Source: an uncultured Candidatus Saccharibacteria bacterium (GTDB lineage: Bacteria; Patescibacteriota; Saccharimonadia; Saccharimonadales; Saccharimonadaceae). Taken from it: a DNA stretch of 64,000 bases. The DNA lies in NCBI GenBank assembly GCA_964407405.1, contig CAYOVH010000002.1, forward strand, positions 184,053-248,052, in the 5' to 3' direction. This document shows, one piece after another, positions 1 through 9,953 of the stretch (its first letter is position 1; each line of letters opens with the position of its first letter). Position numbers and translations under genes: made by a program. The notes beneath the pieces are model-generated. The model had not been told where the DNA came from and did not search any database. It saw nothing but the letters and a program-made list of their open reading frames with translations.

Positions 1-236
1 GACATGGCAAGGATACCGGGAATGAGTGCTGGGAGATATGCTGCTACATTGCCAGAGATTGCCCCGCCGAATAGATAGCCGAACATCAACGGAAATAGGA
101 TCGGCTGGATTAGTACATCTGCAAATTGTTCTGGGGTGCGTCGCATCTTGAGTAGATTGCGGTACGCCATTGTAAAGGTGTCACGCAGTGCTTGTCCGAC
201 TGAAGCACGCTTTTTGAGATATTGAGTTGGTTCCAT
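1..236 (-). CDS. ABC-2 type transporter permease, N-terminal fragment (gene runs off the window start)
   Basis: Not in the ORF track. The minus-strand ATG at 236 overlaps the TAA of the upstream ATPase (TAATG). My translation MEPTQYLKKRASVGQALRDTFTMAYRNLLKMRRTPEQFADVLIQPILFPLMFGYLFGG is typical of DrrB/ABC-2 permeases. Confidence 0.7.
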   Translation of the reverse strand, partial: MEPTQYLKKRASVGQALRDTFTMAYRNLLKMRRTPEQFADVLIQPILFPLMFGYLFGGAISGNVAAYLPALIPGILAM

Positions 237-1192
237 TATGCTTCCTCCTTGGCGGGTTTACCGGTGATTGTCAAAAATACTTCATCAAGTGTTGGCTTTT
301 GTACGCTAACTTCGAGTAGATGCATGCCTGCGTTTTTGAAGGCTACGAGCAGGTCGGTGATCTTATCTGGGTCGGCCATTGGCGCAGCTAAAAGTGTCGG
401 TTCGGAGCTGGTAGCACGGGACTTCAATACTTTTTTGGTGATTTCGATTGCCTTTTTCATAGATTTTTTATCTTTGAGCCGCAACTGGAGAGTAGCAGTG
501 CCGATGCTGCTTTTTAGATCGTTTGCGGTACCTTCGGCAATTACCTTGCCGTGATCAATTACCGCGATTCTGTCAGCCAACTGGTCGGCTTCATCGAGGT
601 ACTGGGTAGTGAGTAGTACTGTAGAGCCGTTTTTTACCAATCGACGGATCGTGTCCCACATTTGATTGCGAGTGCGGGGGTCTAGGCCAGTAGTTGGTTC
701 ATCCAAGAAGATTAGTGGTGGCTGTGCGATGAGGCTAGCTGCGAGATCGAGACGGCGGCGCATGCCTCCTGAAAACTTTGATAGTGGTCGCTTGGCCGCA
801 TCAGTTAGGCCAAACTCTTCGAGCAGTTCTTGGGATTTTTGCTTAGCTTCAGAATAGCTGAGTCCAAGCAGTCGGCCAAAGATGATCAGGTTTTCGGTTG
901 CCGAAAGAGCTTCGTCGACTGTTGCGTCTTGACCCGTGACACCAATCAGTTGCCGGACGATGTGCGCCTCCTTGACGATATCATGGCCAAAAATTTTGGC
1001 ACTGCCGCCATCGGGACGCATCAATGTTGCCAGCATATTGATAGTTGTGCTTTTACCGGCACCATTTGGGCCTAGAACCCCGTAGATACTGCCGCTTGGG
1101 ACCTTGAGGTCAATTCCGTCGACTGCTTTGTTGTCGCCAAAGTGCTTTTCGAGACCCGTGACCTCGATCGCATAAGTTACTGGTTGTTTCAT
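236..1192 (-). CDS. ABC transporter ATP-binding protein (DrrA-like exporter ATPase)
   Basis: Walker A GPNGAGKST, signature FSGGMRRR, Walker B LIFLDEPTTGLD. Start and stop overlap with the neighbouring genes. Confidence 0.95.
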   Translation of the reverse strand: MKQPVTYAIEVTGLEKHFGDNKAVDGIDLKVPSGSIYGVLGPNGAGKSTTINMLATLMRPDGGSAKIFGHDIVKEAHIVRQLIGVTGQDATVDEALSATENLIIFGRLLGLSYSEAKQKSQELLEEFGLTDAAKRPLSKFSGGMRRRLDLAASLIAQPPLIFLDEPTTGLDPRTRNQMWDTIRRLVKNGSTVLLTTQYLDEADQLADRIAVIDHGKVIAEGTANDLKSSIGTATLQLRLKDKKSMKKAIEITKKVLKSRATSSEPTLLAAPMADPDKITDLLVAFKNAGMHLLEVSVQKPTLDEVFLTITGKPAKEEA

Positions 1193-1725
1193 CAGAAATC
1201 TCCTTCTACGATTTGCTCAAGACGAGTCCTAAGATTACTAATAGCATCATTCATGGCTTGCTTTTGTTTATCAGAACCCTTCCTGAGGATGATGTGCGCA
1301 AATCTTTTGATCTCACTAGCCTCCTGATGGAAGTGCCGTTGGTAACTGTGAAGTGATGTGGCTCGTTTGCCCCAGGGTTCATGAAACTCTTCTCTTTCGC
1401 TCATCTTGGCCGATTCTCGCCCCTTGTCAGTGAGCGTATAGACTTTTTTGCCGTCTCTTTCATTTGAAGCAACATCTCCTTTTTCTTCAAGCATCTGTAG
1501 TGTTGGATAGATAGATCCCGGACTCGGGCGCCAAATACCATGTGTTTTCTCCTCGAGATAGGAGATAATTTCATAGCCATGCATTGGCTTTGTAGTGAGT
1601 GCGTTGAGGATAGCAGGTTCCATCATCCCCCGCTTAGCTCGAAACCCATTTACCATATTGTTCAGGCCTCCGCGGCCTCTAGTTCGTCCAAATGGGGCAA
1701 AAGCTTCAAAATCTTGTGAAAACAT
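1192..1725 (-). CDS. PadR family transcriptional regulator
   Basis: Winged-helix segment PMHGYEIISYLEEKTHGIWRPSPGSIYPTLQMLEEKGDV. First gene of the PadR-ABC operon. Confidence 0.9.
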   Translation of the reverse strand: MFSQDFEAFAPFGRTRGRGGLNNMVNGFRAKRGMMEPAILNALTTKPMHGYEIISYLEEKTHGIWRPSPGSIYPTLQMLEEKGDVASNERDGKKVYTLTDKGRESAKMSEREEFHEPWGKRATSLHSYQRHFHQEASEIKRFAHIILRKGSDKQKQAMNDAISNLRTRLEQIVEGDF

Positions 1726-1741
1726 AGAACTCCTTTCACTT

Positions 1742-1785
1742 AGCGATATATCGTTACATACTATTATAGATAGCGATATATCGCT
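1742..1785 (-). promoter_or_regulatory. Putative PadR operator pair bracketing a -10 box
   Basis: AGCGATATATCGTT (1742-1755) and the perfect palindrome AGCGATATATCGCT (1772-1785) flank a minus-strand TATAAT (1763-1768), directly upstream of padR. Confidence 0.55.
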
Positions 1786-1830
1786 ATGTCAAGAAAAATA
1801 GACTCAAATATGCAATTGCATACGGAAAAA

Positions 1831-2412
1831 CTACTGTTTGCGTACTTTGATCGCTTCGAGGGGAGCGATGATTCTTTTGAGCTGACGGGCGAGGTCGCAG
1901 TAGCCACTCAGTTCTACGTAGCCATCGCTCAGCTGGACGTAACCTACTGCTTGTCCCTCTTTGACTTTCTCGGCGCCTTTTGGTGTCGTGACGGAGAATT
2001 GATGCAGCTCGTAAGGTTCCATGCTCGAAGGAATCTGTAATTTGAGTGCTTTTGTGTCGAGTTCAGTCATCGTATAGTTGCCGTTTTTTTCAAGCGTTTC
2101 GCGTCTATGCTGCAAGTCGGCGGCAACATCGATCGTCCCAGATTTGTATTCTGTTGAGACAAAACATGCATGCGTCTCATTGCTATCAAAGATCGCCATG
2201 GAGGTCTCATTAGTCGCACCCTGCCACCATCCAGGAGCGCCGGTAAACGAGAAGATGCGTGGCTTGTCTGATGGCTTGGTTGCTTTGTAGCCCAGTATCC
2301 CCAAGTTGTCGTGAAAGAAGAAGATGCCGCCACCAGTAATGGCAATAAGAACGATGAAGACGGTCGCTATGACTACGAATCTCTTTCCCCAGCTCCTTCG
2401 CCTGATATTCAT
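1831..2412 (-). CDS. hypothetical membrane-anchored protein
   Basis: 193-aa ORF with an N-terminal TM helix (FVVIATVFIVLIAITGGGIFFF). No recognisable domain. Confidence 0.6.
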   Translation of the reverse strand: MNIRRRSWGKRFVVIATVFIVLIAITGGGIFFFHDNLGILGYKATKPSDKPRIFSFTGAPGWWQGATNETSMAIFDSNETHACFVSTEYKSGTIDVAADLQHRRETLEKNGNYTMTELDTKALKLQIPSSMEPYELHQFSVTTPKGAEKVKEGQAVGYVQLSDGYVELSGYCDLARQLKRIIAPLEAIKVRKQ

Positions 2413-2464
2413 GTAGAAACAATATCAGGTTTTGGGGATAAAGTCCATGAGTGAGTGCAGGGCG

Positions 2465-2875
2465 CTATTTTTTTGATTTTTGTGCTCGCCAAAACCCATT
2501 TATTCCAGCTGTGAGCGCCACAAAGCCAGCAGCAACAAATATAACCGGCAATGCTATAAACATCCATAGGCTGTATTGGACGTCACCGCTAGTTGCCGCT
2601 ACCGTTACTCGATTGCCGACAGCCGGTGCCGCACAGATGCCGCGTCTGCATGGGTCCGACAGGGTGTATGTTTTTCCAGAGTCATTCTGTACGGCATATT
2701 GTCCATTGCCTCTGGATTCGATGACAGTTGCTTGCTCAAAGCGTCCGCCACCAGTGAGCATCATGATGTATCCGGCAAAAGTTATCGCGAAGACAACGGC
2801 TGCTATAAAAGTTATCAGCTTATACGATAAACGGGATAATTTGACGCTTTTTGATGACATCAATTTATTATACAA
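2465..2875 (-). CDS. hypothetical membrane protein (2 TM)
   Basis: 136-aa ORF with TM helices near both ends. Preferred over the overlapping plus-strand ORF 2451-2903, whose translation looks non-protein-like. Confidence 0.55.
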   Translation of the reverse strand: MYNKLMSSKSVKLSRLSYKLITFIAAVVFAITFAGYIMMLTGGGRFEQATVIESRGNGQYAVQNDSGKTYTLSDPCRRGICAAPAVGNRVTVAATSGDVQYSLWMFIALPVIFVAAGFVALTAGINGFWRAQKSKK

Positions 2876-3039
2876 TAAAATGCTGTCATCAATGAGTCGA
2901 TAGCTTGGAGCGGTAGTCTTAATATTCTGTCCCAGAATGATAGTTGCGAGATTATGTGGCGAATCACATCAACAGATGCAACTCGCCAATTACGACGGAA
3001 TCAAATCACCCCCTGAAACGCTTGGTCGGCGCTGCGCGC

Positions 3040-3092
3040 CGCCAACCCAAAAGCCGCCCGTGCGGGCGACCGTTTGGATTTTTTCTCTAATT
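3040..3092 (-). terminator. Hairpin(s) plus T-run downstream of tRNA-Gln
   Basis: Minus sense reads GTCGCCCGCACGGGCGGC followed by TTTTGGGTT. A second GC-rich hairpin follows. Confidence 0.45.
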
Positions 3093-3167
3093 TGGCTGGG
3101 CCGGAGGGATTCGAACCCCCGAATGCCAGGACCAAAACCTGGTGCCTTACCACTTGGCGACGGCCCA
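3093..3167 (-). tRNA. tRNA-Gln (anticodon TTG)
   Basis: Reverse complement TGGGCCGTCGCCAAGTGGTAAGGCACCAGGTTTTGGTCCTGGCATTCGGGGGTTCGAATCCCTCCGGCCCAGCCA. It has a 7-bp acceptor stem, anticodon loop TTTTGGT, GTTCGAATC T-loop and encoded CCA. Confidence 0.9.
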
Positions 3168-3255
3168 TTATCGGTGATAAACCTTTCCAAATATAACACA
3201 GTGGCCGTTGTTTGACCACTGTTGTTGTCTGCAAGACTGGCCTGGGGCGCGATAC

Positions 3256-3729
3256 TCAGCGAATAGCAATGAGCTGCATCTGGCGGTTTGTCAGGCCTGT
3301 GCTCCACTCGATGGTTTCGCGGATTGTCTTGCCAACGAGGCTCTTCCCAAGCGGACTATGGATTGATATTCGGCCATCACTTGGGTTTGCCTCAACGCTA
3401 TCAACTAGAGTATAGCGAAAGAGTCGGCCTTGCATATCGATAAGCTCTACGACCGATCCAATACTTGCTCTCAGGGCGTCGCGCTTTCGAGGGAAGAGCT
3501 TTGCTCGGTCGAGGAGTTGCTTTTTGTCTGCTAGCTCGCTCTCGATGATTTCGAGCTGAGCAAGTTTTTCAACACGCTCCAGGCGCTGCTCGTGACTATC
3601 AATTTTGTCCAGATTGCGCAGGTCTGCCAGCGCGGCTGCCTGACGATGTTCAAGCTTGGCAACGGATTTTTTAAGTTCTTTCATACCCTTTTTGCTAAGA
3701 AGAATAGTCGATGAAGTAGTTGTTTCCAT
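3256..3729 (-). CDS. greA: transcription elongation factor GreA
   Basis: N-terminal coiled coil plus a GreA/GreB C-terminal domain (GSVVELIDMQGRLFRYTLVDSVEANPSDGRISIHSPLGKSLVGK). Confidence 0.85.
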   Translation of the reverse strand: METTTSSTILLSKKGMKELKKSVAKLEHRQAAALADLRNLDKIDSHEQRLERVEKLAQLEIIESELADKKQLLDRAKLFPRKRDALRASIGSVVELIDMQGRLFRYTLVDSVEANPSDGRISIHSPLGKSLVGKTIRETIEWSTGLTNRQMQLIAIR

Positions 3730-3819
3730 ATTGGTCCCTCCTTTATTCTTGACTGTTTGTTGGCAGCATTTGCTGCTACACCATTACTCTACAGGATAAA
3801 TCTGAAAGAAATCTGAATT

Positions 3820-4827
3820 TTAAGAAGATTGTGGCAGAAAAATAATAACAGAGGTAGTTTTGTCTGGGATACTAGTGATTTCGATTGTGCCGTGATGGAG
3901 TTCGACGATCTTTTTGGCGAGACTAAGGCCAAGGCCATAGCCGGAATTCTCACTCGAAGTGCGTGACTTGTCGCCTCGATAGAATCGTTCAAAGATATGC
4001 GGCAAGTCGGCTTTTGCAATTCCCTTGCCTTCGTTGGTTGTGATGATAGTTACACCCTCGTCAGATCGGTTGAGCTTCAATTGGACCTTGGAGTCGCTGG
4101 GGCTGTAGCGCAATGCATTGTCGAGGATTATCATGAGAAGTTCGCTGATGCTCGAGCGATTGGCGGCGATGATAAGAGGCTTCTTGGGAGCATCTAGCAC
4201 AATACGTTTATGGGGCTTATTGAGGACTTTGAGTGACGTGTTGGTGAGGTCATTGAGATTCAGTTTTTCTACTTTTAGTTCGGAGTAATCATGTCGGGAG
4301 AGCTGTAGGAGCATATGAGATAAGCTACTGAGACGATTAACTTCTTCGAGATTACTCTCTAGGATTTCACGCATGTCTATCTTTGACATATCCGGATCAC
4401 GCAGTGCTACCTCAAGCTCGCTCTTCATGACAGCCAGCGGCGTCCTGAGCTCGTGACTGGCATCAGATGTAAAACGGCTGACGGCCTCGTGAGCTTCCTC
4501 GATCGGTCTGAGACTGCGCCGAGCAAGTAGATAGCTACCCACTCCTCCACTGGCTAGTATGACCAGATTTGCATAAAAGAGTATCAAGAATAACCGTGCT
4601 TCAGATTTGTGCAGTTGATCGGTGCGGATGGCATCAAAATTGCGGTATGCACCGCCCGAAAAGTCCGAAAAATTTTCCACTTGGTTTTGAAATATTCCCA
4701 AGCGAGCGCTTAACTCATTGGTTGAAATATCGTAGATCACGATACTAAATAGTAGGCTGATGATCATCAAGATCAGCAAGTACCAGCCAGTTAGCTTGAG
4801 TGTTGCTGATTCAAAGAGTTGTTTCAT
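3820..4827 (-). CDS. sensor histidine kinase
   Basis: Two TM helices, H-box SHELRTPLAV and a HATPase_c G-boxes region (GYGLGLSLAKKIVELHHG). Overlaps the upstream response regulator by 4 nt. Confidence 0.9.
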   Translation of the reverse strand: MKQLFESATLKLTGWYLLILMIISLLFSIVIYDISTNELSARLGIFQNQVENFSDFSGGAYRNFDAIRTDQLHKSEARLFLILFYANLVILASGGVGSYLLARRSLRPIEEAHEAVSRFTSDASHELRTPLAVMKSELEVALRDPDMSKIDMREILESNLEEVNRLSSLSHMLLQLSRHDYSELKVEKLNLNDLTNTSLKVLNKPHKRIVLDAPKKPLIIAANRSSISELLMIILDNALRYSPSDSKVQLKLNRSDEGVTIITTNEGKGIAKADLPHIFERFYRGDKSRTSSENSGYGLGLSLAKKIVELHHGTIEITSIPDKTTSVIIFLPQSS

Positions 4828-5501
4828 GTTTTTGCGTTTAAACGATAGCCAAAGCCGCGAACGGTCTCAATAAGATTTGATTTGAACGGTTTGTCGATCT
4901 TGGTGCGTAGATATTTAATGTACACCTCAACGGTATTGGGCAGAATGTCAGCATCATAGTCCCAGACATGAGCGATGATTGTATCTTTGGTGAGAATACG
5001 ATTCTTATTGCGGAGTAGGTATTCAAGCAAGCCAAACTCTTTTGTTGTAAGGCTGATTTCTTTCCCGCCTCGGGTGACTGTATATGCGATCGGATCAAGC
5101 GCTAGATCCTCAGCCGTCAATACGGTCGACTCCTGCTCGTGTGGACGGCGAAGCAATGCCCGTACGCGCGCCAACAGCTCTTCAATGGCAAATGGTTTGA
5201 CCAGATAGTCATCAGCGCCATTATCAAGTCCTTCAGTCTTGTCTTTAGTCTGACCGAGCGCAGTCAGCAAGAGAACGGGTGTATGGATTTTTTGTTTACG
5301 CATAGCTTTGATGATGTCTAGCCCATTGTGCTCGCCTGGGAGCATACGATCCATAATGATGACGTCATATGGTTCAGTGGTCGCCATAGCATAGCCGTCA
5401 TCGCCATCGTAGCTCACATCAACCGCATAGCTTTCTTGTTCAAGGGCGCGTTTGAGCGCACGCGCTATTTTGTGTTCATCTTCTACTACTAAAACTCTCA
5501 T
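4824..5501 (-). CDS. OmpR-family response regulator
   Basis: Receiver domain (MRVLVVEDE...DVIIMDRMLPG) plus a winged-helix output domain (RGFGYRL). Confidence 0.95.
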   Translation of the reverse strand: MRVLVVEDEHKIARALKRALEQESYAVDVSYDGDDGYAMATTEPYDVIIMDRMLPGEHNGLDIIKAMRKQKIHTPVLLLTALGQTKDKTEGLDNGADDYLVKPFAIEELLARVRALLRRPHEQESTVLTAEDLALDPIAYTVTRGGKEISLTTKEFGLLEYLLRNKNRILTKDTIIAHVWDYDADILPNTVEVYIKYLRTKIDKPFKSNLIETVRGFGYRLNAKT

Positions 5502-5543
5502 ATATACCCATTATACCGCGCTATTGCTGAGGGAAGGCTGAAG

Positions 5544-5858
5544 CTAAGTGTATCGCTCTGACCAGAGTTCCATGTCGCGGATAATAACCTGAAGCGCTCT
5601 ACCCTTTTCGGTAAGACCATATTCGCACCGCTTTTCATTGGTGGCAAATGTCTTTTCGATGATTCCTTCGCGTTCAAGCGTAGCTAGACGGGCGGACAAC
5701 GTCCGTGGATTTATCGATCCCACCATTTCTTGCAACTGGCAAAATCGGATGGTCTTTTCATTCAAAAAAAACCGCAGCAGTTGTGGCGTCCACTTATCTC
5801 CCAGGATGCGGGTGGCTGCTTTGACGCAACCAATCGGTGTATTTGTCGCCGTCATCAT
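5544..5858 (-). CDS. HxlR family transcriptional regulator
   Basis: GDKWTPQLLRFF...CQLQEMVGSINPRTLSARLATLEREGII. Confidence 0.85.
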   Translation of the reverse strand: MMTATNTPIGCVKAATRILGDKWTPQLLRFFLNEKTIRFCQLQEMVGSINPRTLSARLATLEREGIIEKTFATNEKRCEYGLTEKGRALQVIIRDMELWSERYT

Positions 5859-5923
5859 ACGATTTACTATACATTAGCAAGTGAAAAGTGTCAAAATCAT
5901 TTCAAGCAGTGTATACTGACCTT

Positions 5924-7057
5924 ATGAAGGTAAAAGTACAGGTAGACACGCAGACATTTGTCAGGTTTTGGCTTGTTGTAATCGGTTTTATGGTTGCAGG
6001 ACTCATGATCTACAGTGCCCGGACGGGACTCATAATCGTCGGCACGGCAATATTTTTGGCCCTAGCGCTTAATGGCCCGGTAAGTCGTATTGCGACATAT
6101 TTGCCAGGAAAGAGTCGAGCTGGCAGCACGGCAATCGCCTATCTGCTCGTGGTGGCGTTTATTGGGACATTTCTTTTTCTCGCGGTACCTCCGATTGTTG
6201 AGCAGACCGCAAAATTTGCACAGACAGTTCCTGGTCTCGTAGATAAAGCAACCACAAGCTGGCACAGCTTTGATAATTTTATTGACACCTATCATTTGCA
6301 GCCTCAGGTCGATCAGGCCGCCGAATCAGTCAAAGATAATGCTTCTAGGTTTGCATCAGACCTTGGCGTCAATCTGCTTTCGGGTGTTGGTTCGTTCTTT
6401 GGCTTTCTTAGCTCCCTCTTCCTCGTACTTGTTCTGGCGTTCTTTATGCTAGTCGAGGGACCAGAGTGGATGAAGCGCATCTGGGGGCTATATCGTGATG
6501 AAGAACGTATGCGTCATCACCGGCGTACGGTAACGCGGATGGGTAGCGTGGTTTCTGGATACGTCACCGGGCAATTGACGGTGTCGGCGCTTGACGGTAT
6601 CTTTGCTGGATTATTTATATTTATCATGAGTCTGTTTATCCACGAGGTACCAGCAAATCTTGCTATGGCAACAGCGGCTCTTCTGTTTATCTTCTCGATG
6701 ATCCCGATGTTTGGCGCATTGATTGGTGCCGCGCTAGTGAGCTTGCTGCTTGTTTTCAACTCGGTCCCGGCAGTGATTATCTTCGTCATTTACTTCATCG
6801 TGTATCAGCAGATTGAAAATAATTTTATCTCACCGACGATCCAATCAAAGCGTCTTGAGCTATCTCCCCTATTAGTGCTTTCAGCAGTGACGATCGGCGT
6901 CTACGTATTTGGCATTGCCGGGGCGATTATTTCAATTCCGATTGCAGGATGTGTAAAAGTACTTTTCGAAGAATATATGCAGCACGCCAAGCGCGCCCGT
7001 GAAGAAAGCGAGAAGCCACTTGCGAAATTGGCAAAAAAAGTCAGCCGTAAAGCCTAG
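5924..7057 (+). CDS. AI-2E family (PerM-like) transporter
   Basis: Polytopic membrane protein with the typical C-terminal region (QQIENNFISPTIQSKRLELSPLLVL). The track ORF starts at GTG 5888. I prefer ATG 5924 (MKVKVQV), which leaves room for the promoter divergent from hxlR. Confidence 0.8.
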   Translation: MKVKVQVDTQTFVRFWLVVIGFMVAGLMIYSARTGLIIVGTAIFLALALNGPVSRIATYLPGKSRAGSTAIAYLLVVAFIGTFLFLAVPPIVEQTAKFAQTVPGLVDKATTSWHSFDNFIDTYHLQPQVDQAAESVKDNASRFASDLGVNLLSGVGSFFGFLSSLFLVLVLAFFMLVEGPEWMKRIWGLYRDEERMRHHRRTVTRMGSVVSGYVTGQLTVSALDGIFAGLFIFIMSLFIHEVPANLAMATAALLFIFSMIPMFGALIGAALVSLLLVFNSVPAVIIFVIYFIVYQQIENNFISPTIQSKRLELSPLLVLSAVTIGVYVFGIAGAIISIPIAGCVKVLFEEYMQHAKRAREESEKPLAKLAKKVSRKA

Positions 7058-7065
7058 CTGGGCTG

Positions 7066-8484
7066 CTAGCTATACTGCCATACGACGCCTGATGGCTTAT
7101 CGAGGAGCGCGATGTGATAGTTTGCTTCGAGCTCATCACGCAATACATCAGATGTCTGCCAGTCTTTTGCCTCGCGCGCCCGGGTGCGTTGGAGGATGAG
7201 CTGTTTAGCTTCATCTGGGATATCTGGTGTCGTCTCGTGTAGATGGAGGCCAAGTAGCGTATCAATTTCTACTAAAAGATCGATAAGACTTTGTTTGTCG
7301 ATGGCTGTGATGTCATGTGACTCGAGGCGAGAGAACGTTTCGTCAATGAGTCGCAATACTTCGGGAGTATCGAGGTTGTTATTGAGCGCCTCTTTGATCG
7401 ATCCGAGCACAGCAAGCGAAGGATTATCGCGACCAGTTTCCTCGACACCGCTATTTATTTGATGGCGCAAGGCTGCGGTATTGCGCCAATTATTGAGTCG
7501 ATTTTGAGCGCTTGCCAGAATCTCCCAGGTGAAATTTCCCTCAGTTGCGAAATGTTTTGACAAAACCATCAATTTGAAAGCGTCCATTGTGAAGCCACGA
7601 TCCAAGATATCTTGTAGAGTGACGATATTTCCGAGGCTTTTGGAAATTTTTTTGCTGTCGATTTTGAGGTGATTGTTGTGTAGCCACAGATTCGCAAAGC
7701 TTTTGCCAGTTAAGCTCTCGGTTTGAGCAATTTCATTTGTGTGATGTACCGGAATGTGGTCGATGCCGCCGGCGTGAATATCAATCTGATCACCGAGCGT
7801 CTCGCGTGCGATCACCGAGCATTCAAGATGCCAGCCTGGGAAGCCGAGGCCCCAGGGAGACTCCCATTCCATGTCGCGCTTTTGGCTTTTCGGCGAAAAT
7901 TTCCAGACAGCAAAATCAGTGACGTGCCGCTTGCCATCGACTGCCACACGGATTCCACCTTGGAGTCCAGCGATGTCGAGCTTGGCCAACTTGCCGTAAT
8001 CTTTGACTTTTGACGTATCAAAGTACATGCCCTCGTCTGGAATCTTGTATAGGTAGCCTTTTTCGTCGAGATCTCTTGCGAATTCGATCTGCTTGTCGAT
8101 CAGACTGGTTGCTGCTACAAGGTAGGTCGGCGGGAGGAGATCGAGTAGCTCGTATCCCTCATGAGCAGCGATCTCAGAATATTTTTTTGCAACATCCCAT
8201 GCAGTGACCCCCTCTTTTCGAGCGCCCTTTTCCATTTTGTCTTCCCCGCTGTCGTCATCGCTAACAAGGTGTCCTACGTCAGTAATATTTTGCGTACGAA
8301 TGACATTATATCCATCAGCAATCAGTATGCGCTGTAGGATATCCCAATAGATATAGCCGACCCAATTACCGATGTGTGGCTGCGAGTATACGGTGATGCC
8401 GCAATTGTAAAACCTCACCACCTTGTCTTCGAGTGGCTTCAGCTCCTCGATTTGTCCAGTCATGGTATTCATGAGCTTCATCAA
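7066..8484 (-). CDS. cysS: cysteine--tRNA ligase
   Basis: HIGN motif (SQPHIGNWVGY), KMSKS-type motif KISKSLGN, class I Rossmann layout. Confidence 0.95.
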   Translation of the reverse strand: MMKLMNTMTGQIEELKPLEDKVVRFYNCGITVYSQPHIGNWVGYIYWDILQRILIADGYNVIRTQNITDVGHLVSDDDSGEDKMEKGARKEGVTAWDVAKKYSEIAAHEGYELLDLLPPTYLVAATSLIDKQIEFARDLDEKGYLYKIPDEGMYFDTSKVKDYGKLAKLDIAGLQGGIRVAVDGKRHVTDFAVWKFSPKSQKRDMEWESPWGLGFPGWHLECSVIARETLGDQIDIHAGGIDHIPVHHTNEIAQTESLTGKSFANLWLHNNHLKIDSKKISKSLGNIVTLQDILDRGFTMDAFKLMVLSKHFATEGNFTWEILASAQNRLNNWRNTAALRHQINSGVEETGRDNPSLAVLGSIKEALNNNLDTPEVLRLIDETFSRLESHDITAIDKQSLIDLLVEIDTLLGLHLHETTPDIPDEAKQLILQRTRAREAKDWQTSDVLRDELEANYHIALLDKPSGVVWQYS

Positions 8485-8486
8485 AG

Positions 8487-9461
8487 TTATCCTTCAAGCA
8501 CCTTACTCGTTGCCTCAACTAATTCACGGAGGACCTCGTCATACTCATCGTATACACGAAATCCAGCGGCATAGAGGTGTCCTCCACCGCCAAAATAGCC
8601 GGCCACCGCCTCCGATATCGGTGAGTTAGAGCGAAGACGAGCAGTTAGTTTACCATCCGGGTATGTTTTGATGACGACACCAAGTTCAACACCTTCGACC
8701 AGGCGCATTTCATCACCGATCAATGCACCTGGATTATACTTGTCAGAGTATTGTTCAATCTCATCAAATGGAACGTGAACTACGGCAAGCTTGCCATCAA
8801 GGAAATATTCGATACGTTCGATGAGCTTGCCTTTGTAGGTCAGAATTTCCGGTGGCTTTTTCATGAATTCACGGCGGGCCTCTTCGATGTCGGCGACACG
8901 AGCACCAAGTTCTGTCAGACTGGCGGCAATACGGTAACTTTCCGGTGTAACAGCCTGAACGGTCAGTCCGAGACTGTCGGCGAGCTGTGCTTCCATGAGG
9001 TGGCGAGCTGCGCTCTCGTTGATTTTCCAGTCGGCTTCTTTGGCAAGATGAAAGATGACCTCGCTGGTCGAGATTGCTGGTTCGGTGAGGGCGGTATGCG
9101 GAAACGACAACGTACTCTCAGTAGTATGATGATCAATGACGAGTGTCGGGTGTGATTCAAAAAAAGCGCGTACAGCGGGTGTCTCAAGTACTTTGCTTAG
9201 TAGTACGTCAGCCGAAGTGTCAACGATGATTGCTGCATCGGCCGAAGTATCAAATTCATTAGTTACGCGATCCCAGCCAGCGATATACCGCAGATACTTG
9301 GGGATTTCGACTGGGCAGTAGAGCAGGATCTCTTTGCCGAGATCGCCGAGAATCTCTTCGAGCGCCAAAGCAGAACCGAGCGAATCACCATCGGGATTCT
9401 CGGCCTGGATGACGATAATTTTTGCGGCGTCGTTGATAAGTTGTCTGGCTTCTCCTAGCAT
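8487..9461 (-). CDS. DHH/DHHA1 phosphoesterase (NrnA-like oligoribonuclease/pAp phosphatase)
   Basis: Motifs DGDSLGS, VIDHH and GGGGH. Confidence 0.85.
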   Translation of the reverse strand: MLGEARQLINDAAKIIVIQAENPDGDSLGSALALEEILGDLGKEILLYCPVEIPKYLRYIAGWDRVTNEFDTSADAAIIVDTSADVLLSKVLETPAVRAFFESHPTLVIDHHTTESTLSFPHTALTEPAISTSEVIFHLAKEADWKINESAARHLMEAQLADSLGLTVQAVTPESYRIAASLTELGARVADIEEARREFMKKPPEILTYKGKLIERIEYFLDGKLAVVHVPFDEIEQYSDKYNPGALIGDEMRLVEGVELGVVIKTYPDGKLTARLRSNSPISEAVAGYFGGGGHLYAAGFRVYDEYDEVLRELVEATSKVLEG

Positions 9462-9470
9462 AGATACTCT

Positions 9471-9953
9471 CTATTGTAACAGCTCGCTGTGATTCTTTGG
9501 GTCGTAGAAGCGTTCAGAATATTTGACGCCTTGAGGAAGATCGATGAGCGCGCGCCGTAGGAGCGGAACAATGTTGTCGGGTAGATCATCAAGATCAAAC
9601 CATTCACCTTTGTCGGCCTTGTGCGGCTCATTATTTTGTGGCGTGCCATCGTAGGATGTTACTTCAAAGAATAATGATACCCTTTCGTGAGTTTTGTCAT
9701 CGGCGAGATAGAAATAAATGAGAGGGTCGCTAATCTGCTCGCTTGTGGCAATAATATTCGCTTCTTCTTTGAGTTCACGAATAGCCGCTGCGCGCGGACC
9801 TTCATTGGCATCAACGTGTCCGGCTGGCACAGTCCACCATCCATCACGCCAGCCAGTATTGAAGCGGCGCAAGAGAAAAATCTGATCTTTGTCGTTGCGA
9901 ATAAGCATCCATACGGCCGGAATGACGGCATGGCGAGCTTCTTCGCTGCTCAT
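9471..9953 (-). CDS. NUDIX hydrolase
   Basis: Nudix box GHVDANEGPRAAAIRELKEEANI. Confidence 0.85.
   Translation of the reverse strand: MSSEEARHAVIPAVWMLIRNDKDQIFLLRRFNTGWRDGWWTVPAGHVDANEGPRAAAIRELKEEANIIATSEQISDPLIYFYLADDKTHERVSLFFEVTSYDGTPQNNEPHKADKGEWFDLDDLPDNIVPLLRRALIDLPQGVKYSERFYDPKNHSELLQ

Noticed and set aside
2990-3307. ORFs 2990-3307, 3001-3234 and 2937-3215 around 3.1 kb
   Set aside because: They run across tRNA-Gln and its terminator hairpins and have no protein-like sequence.
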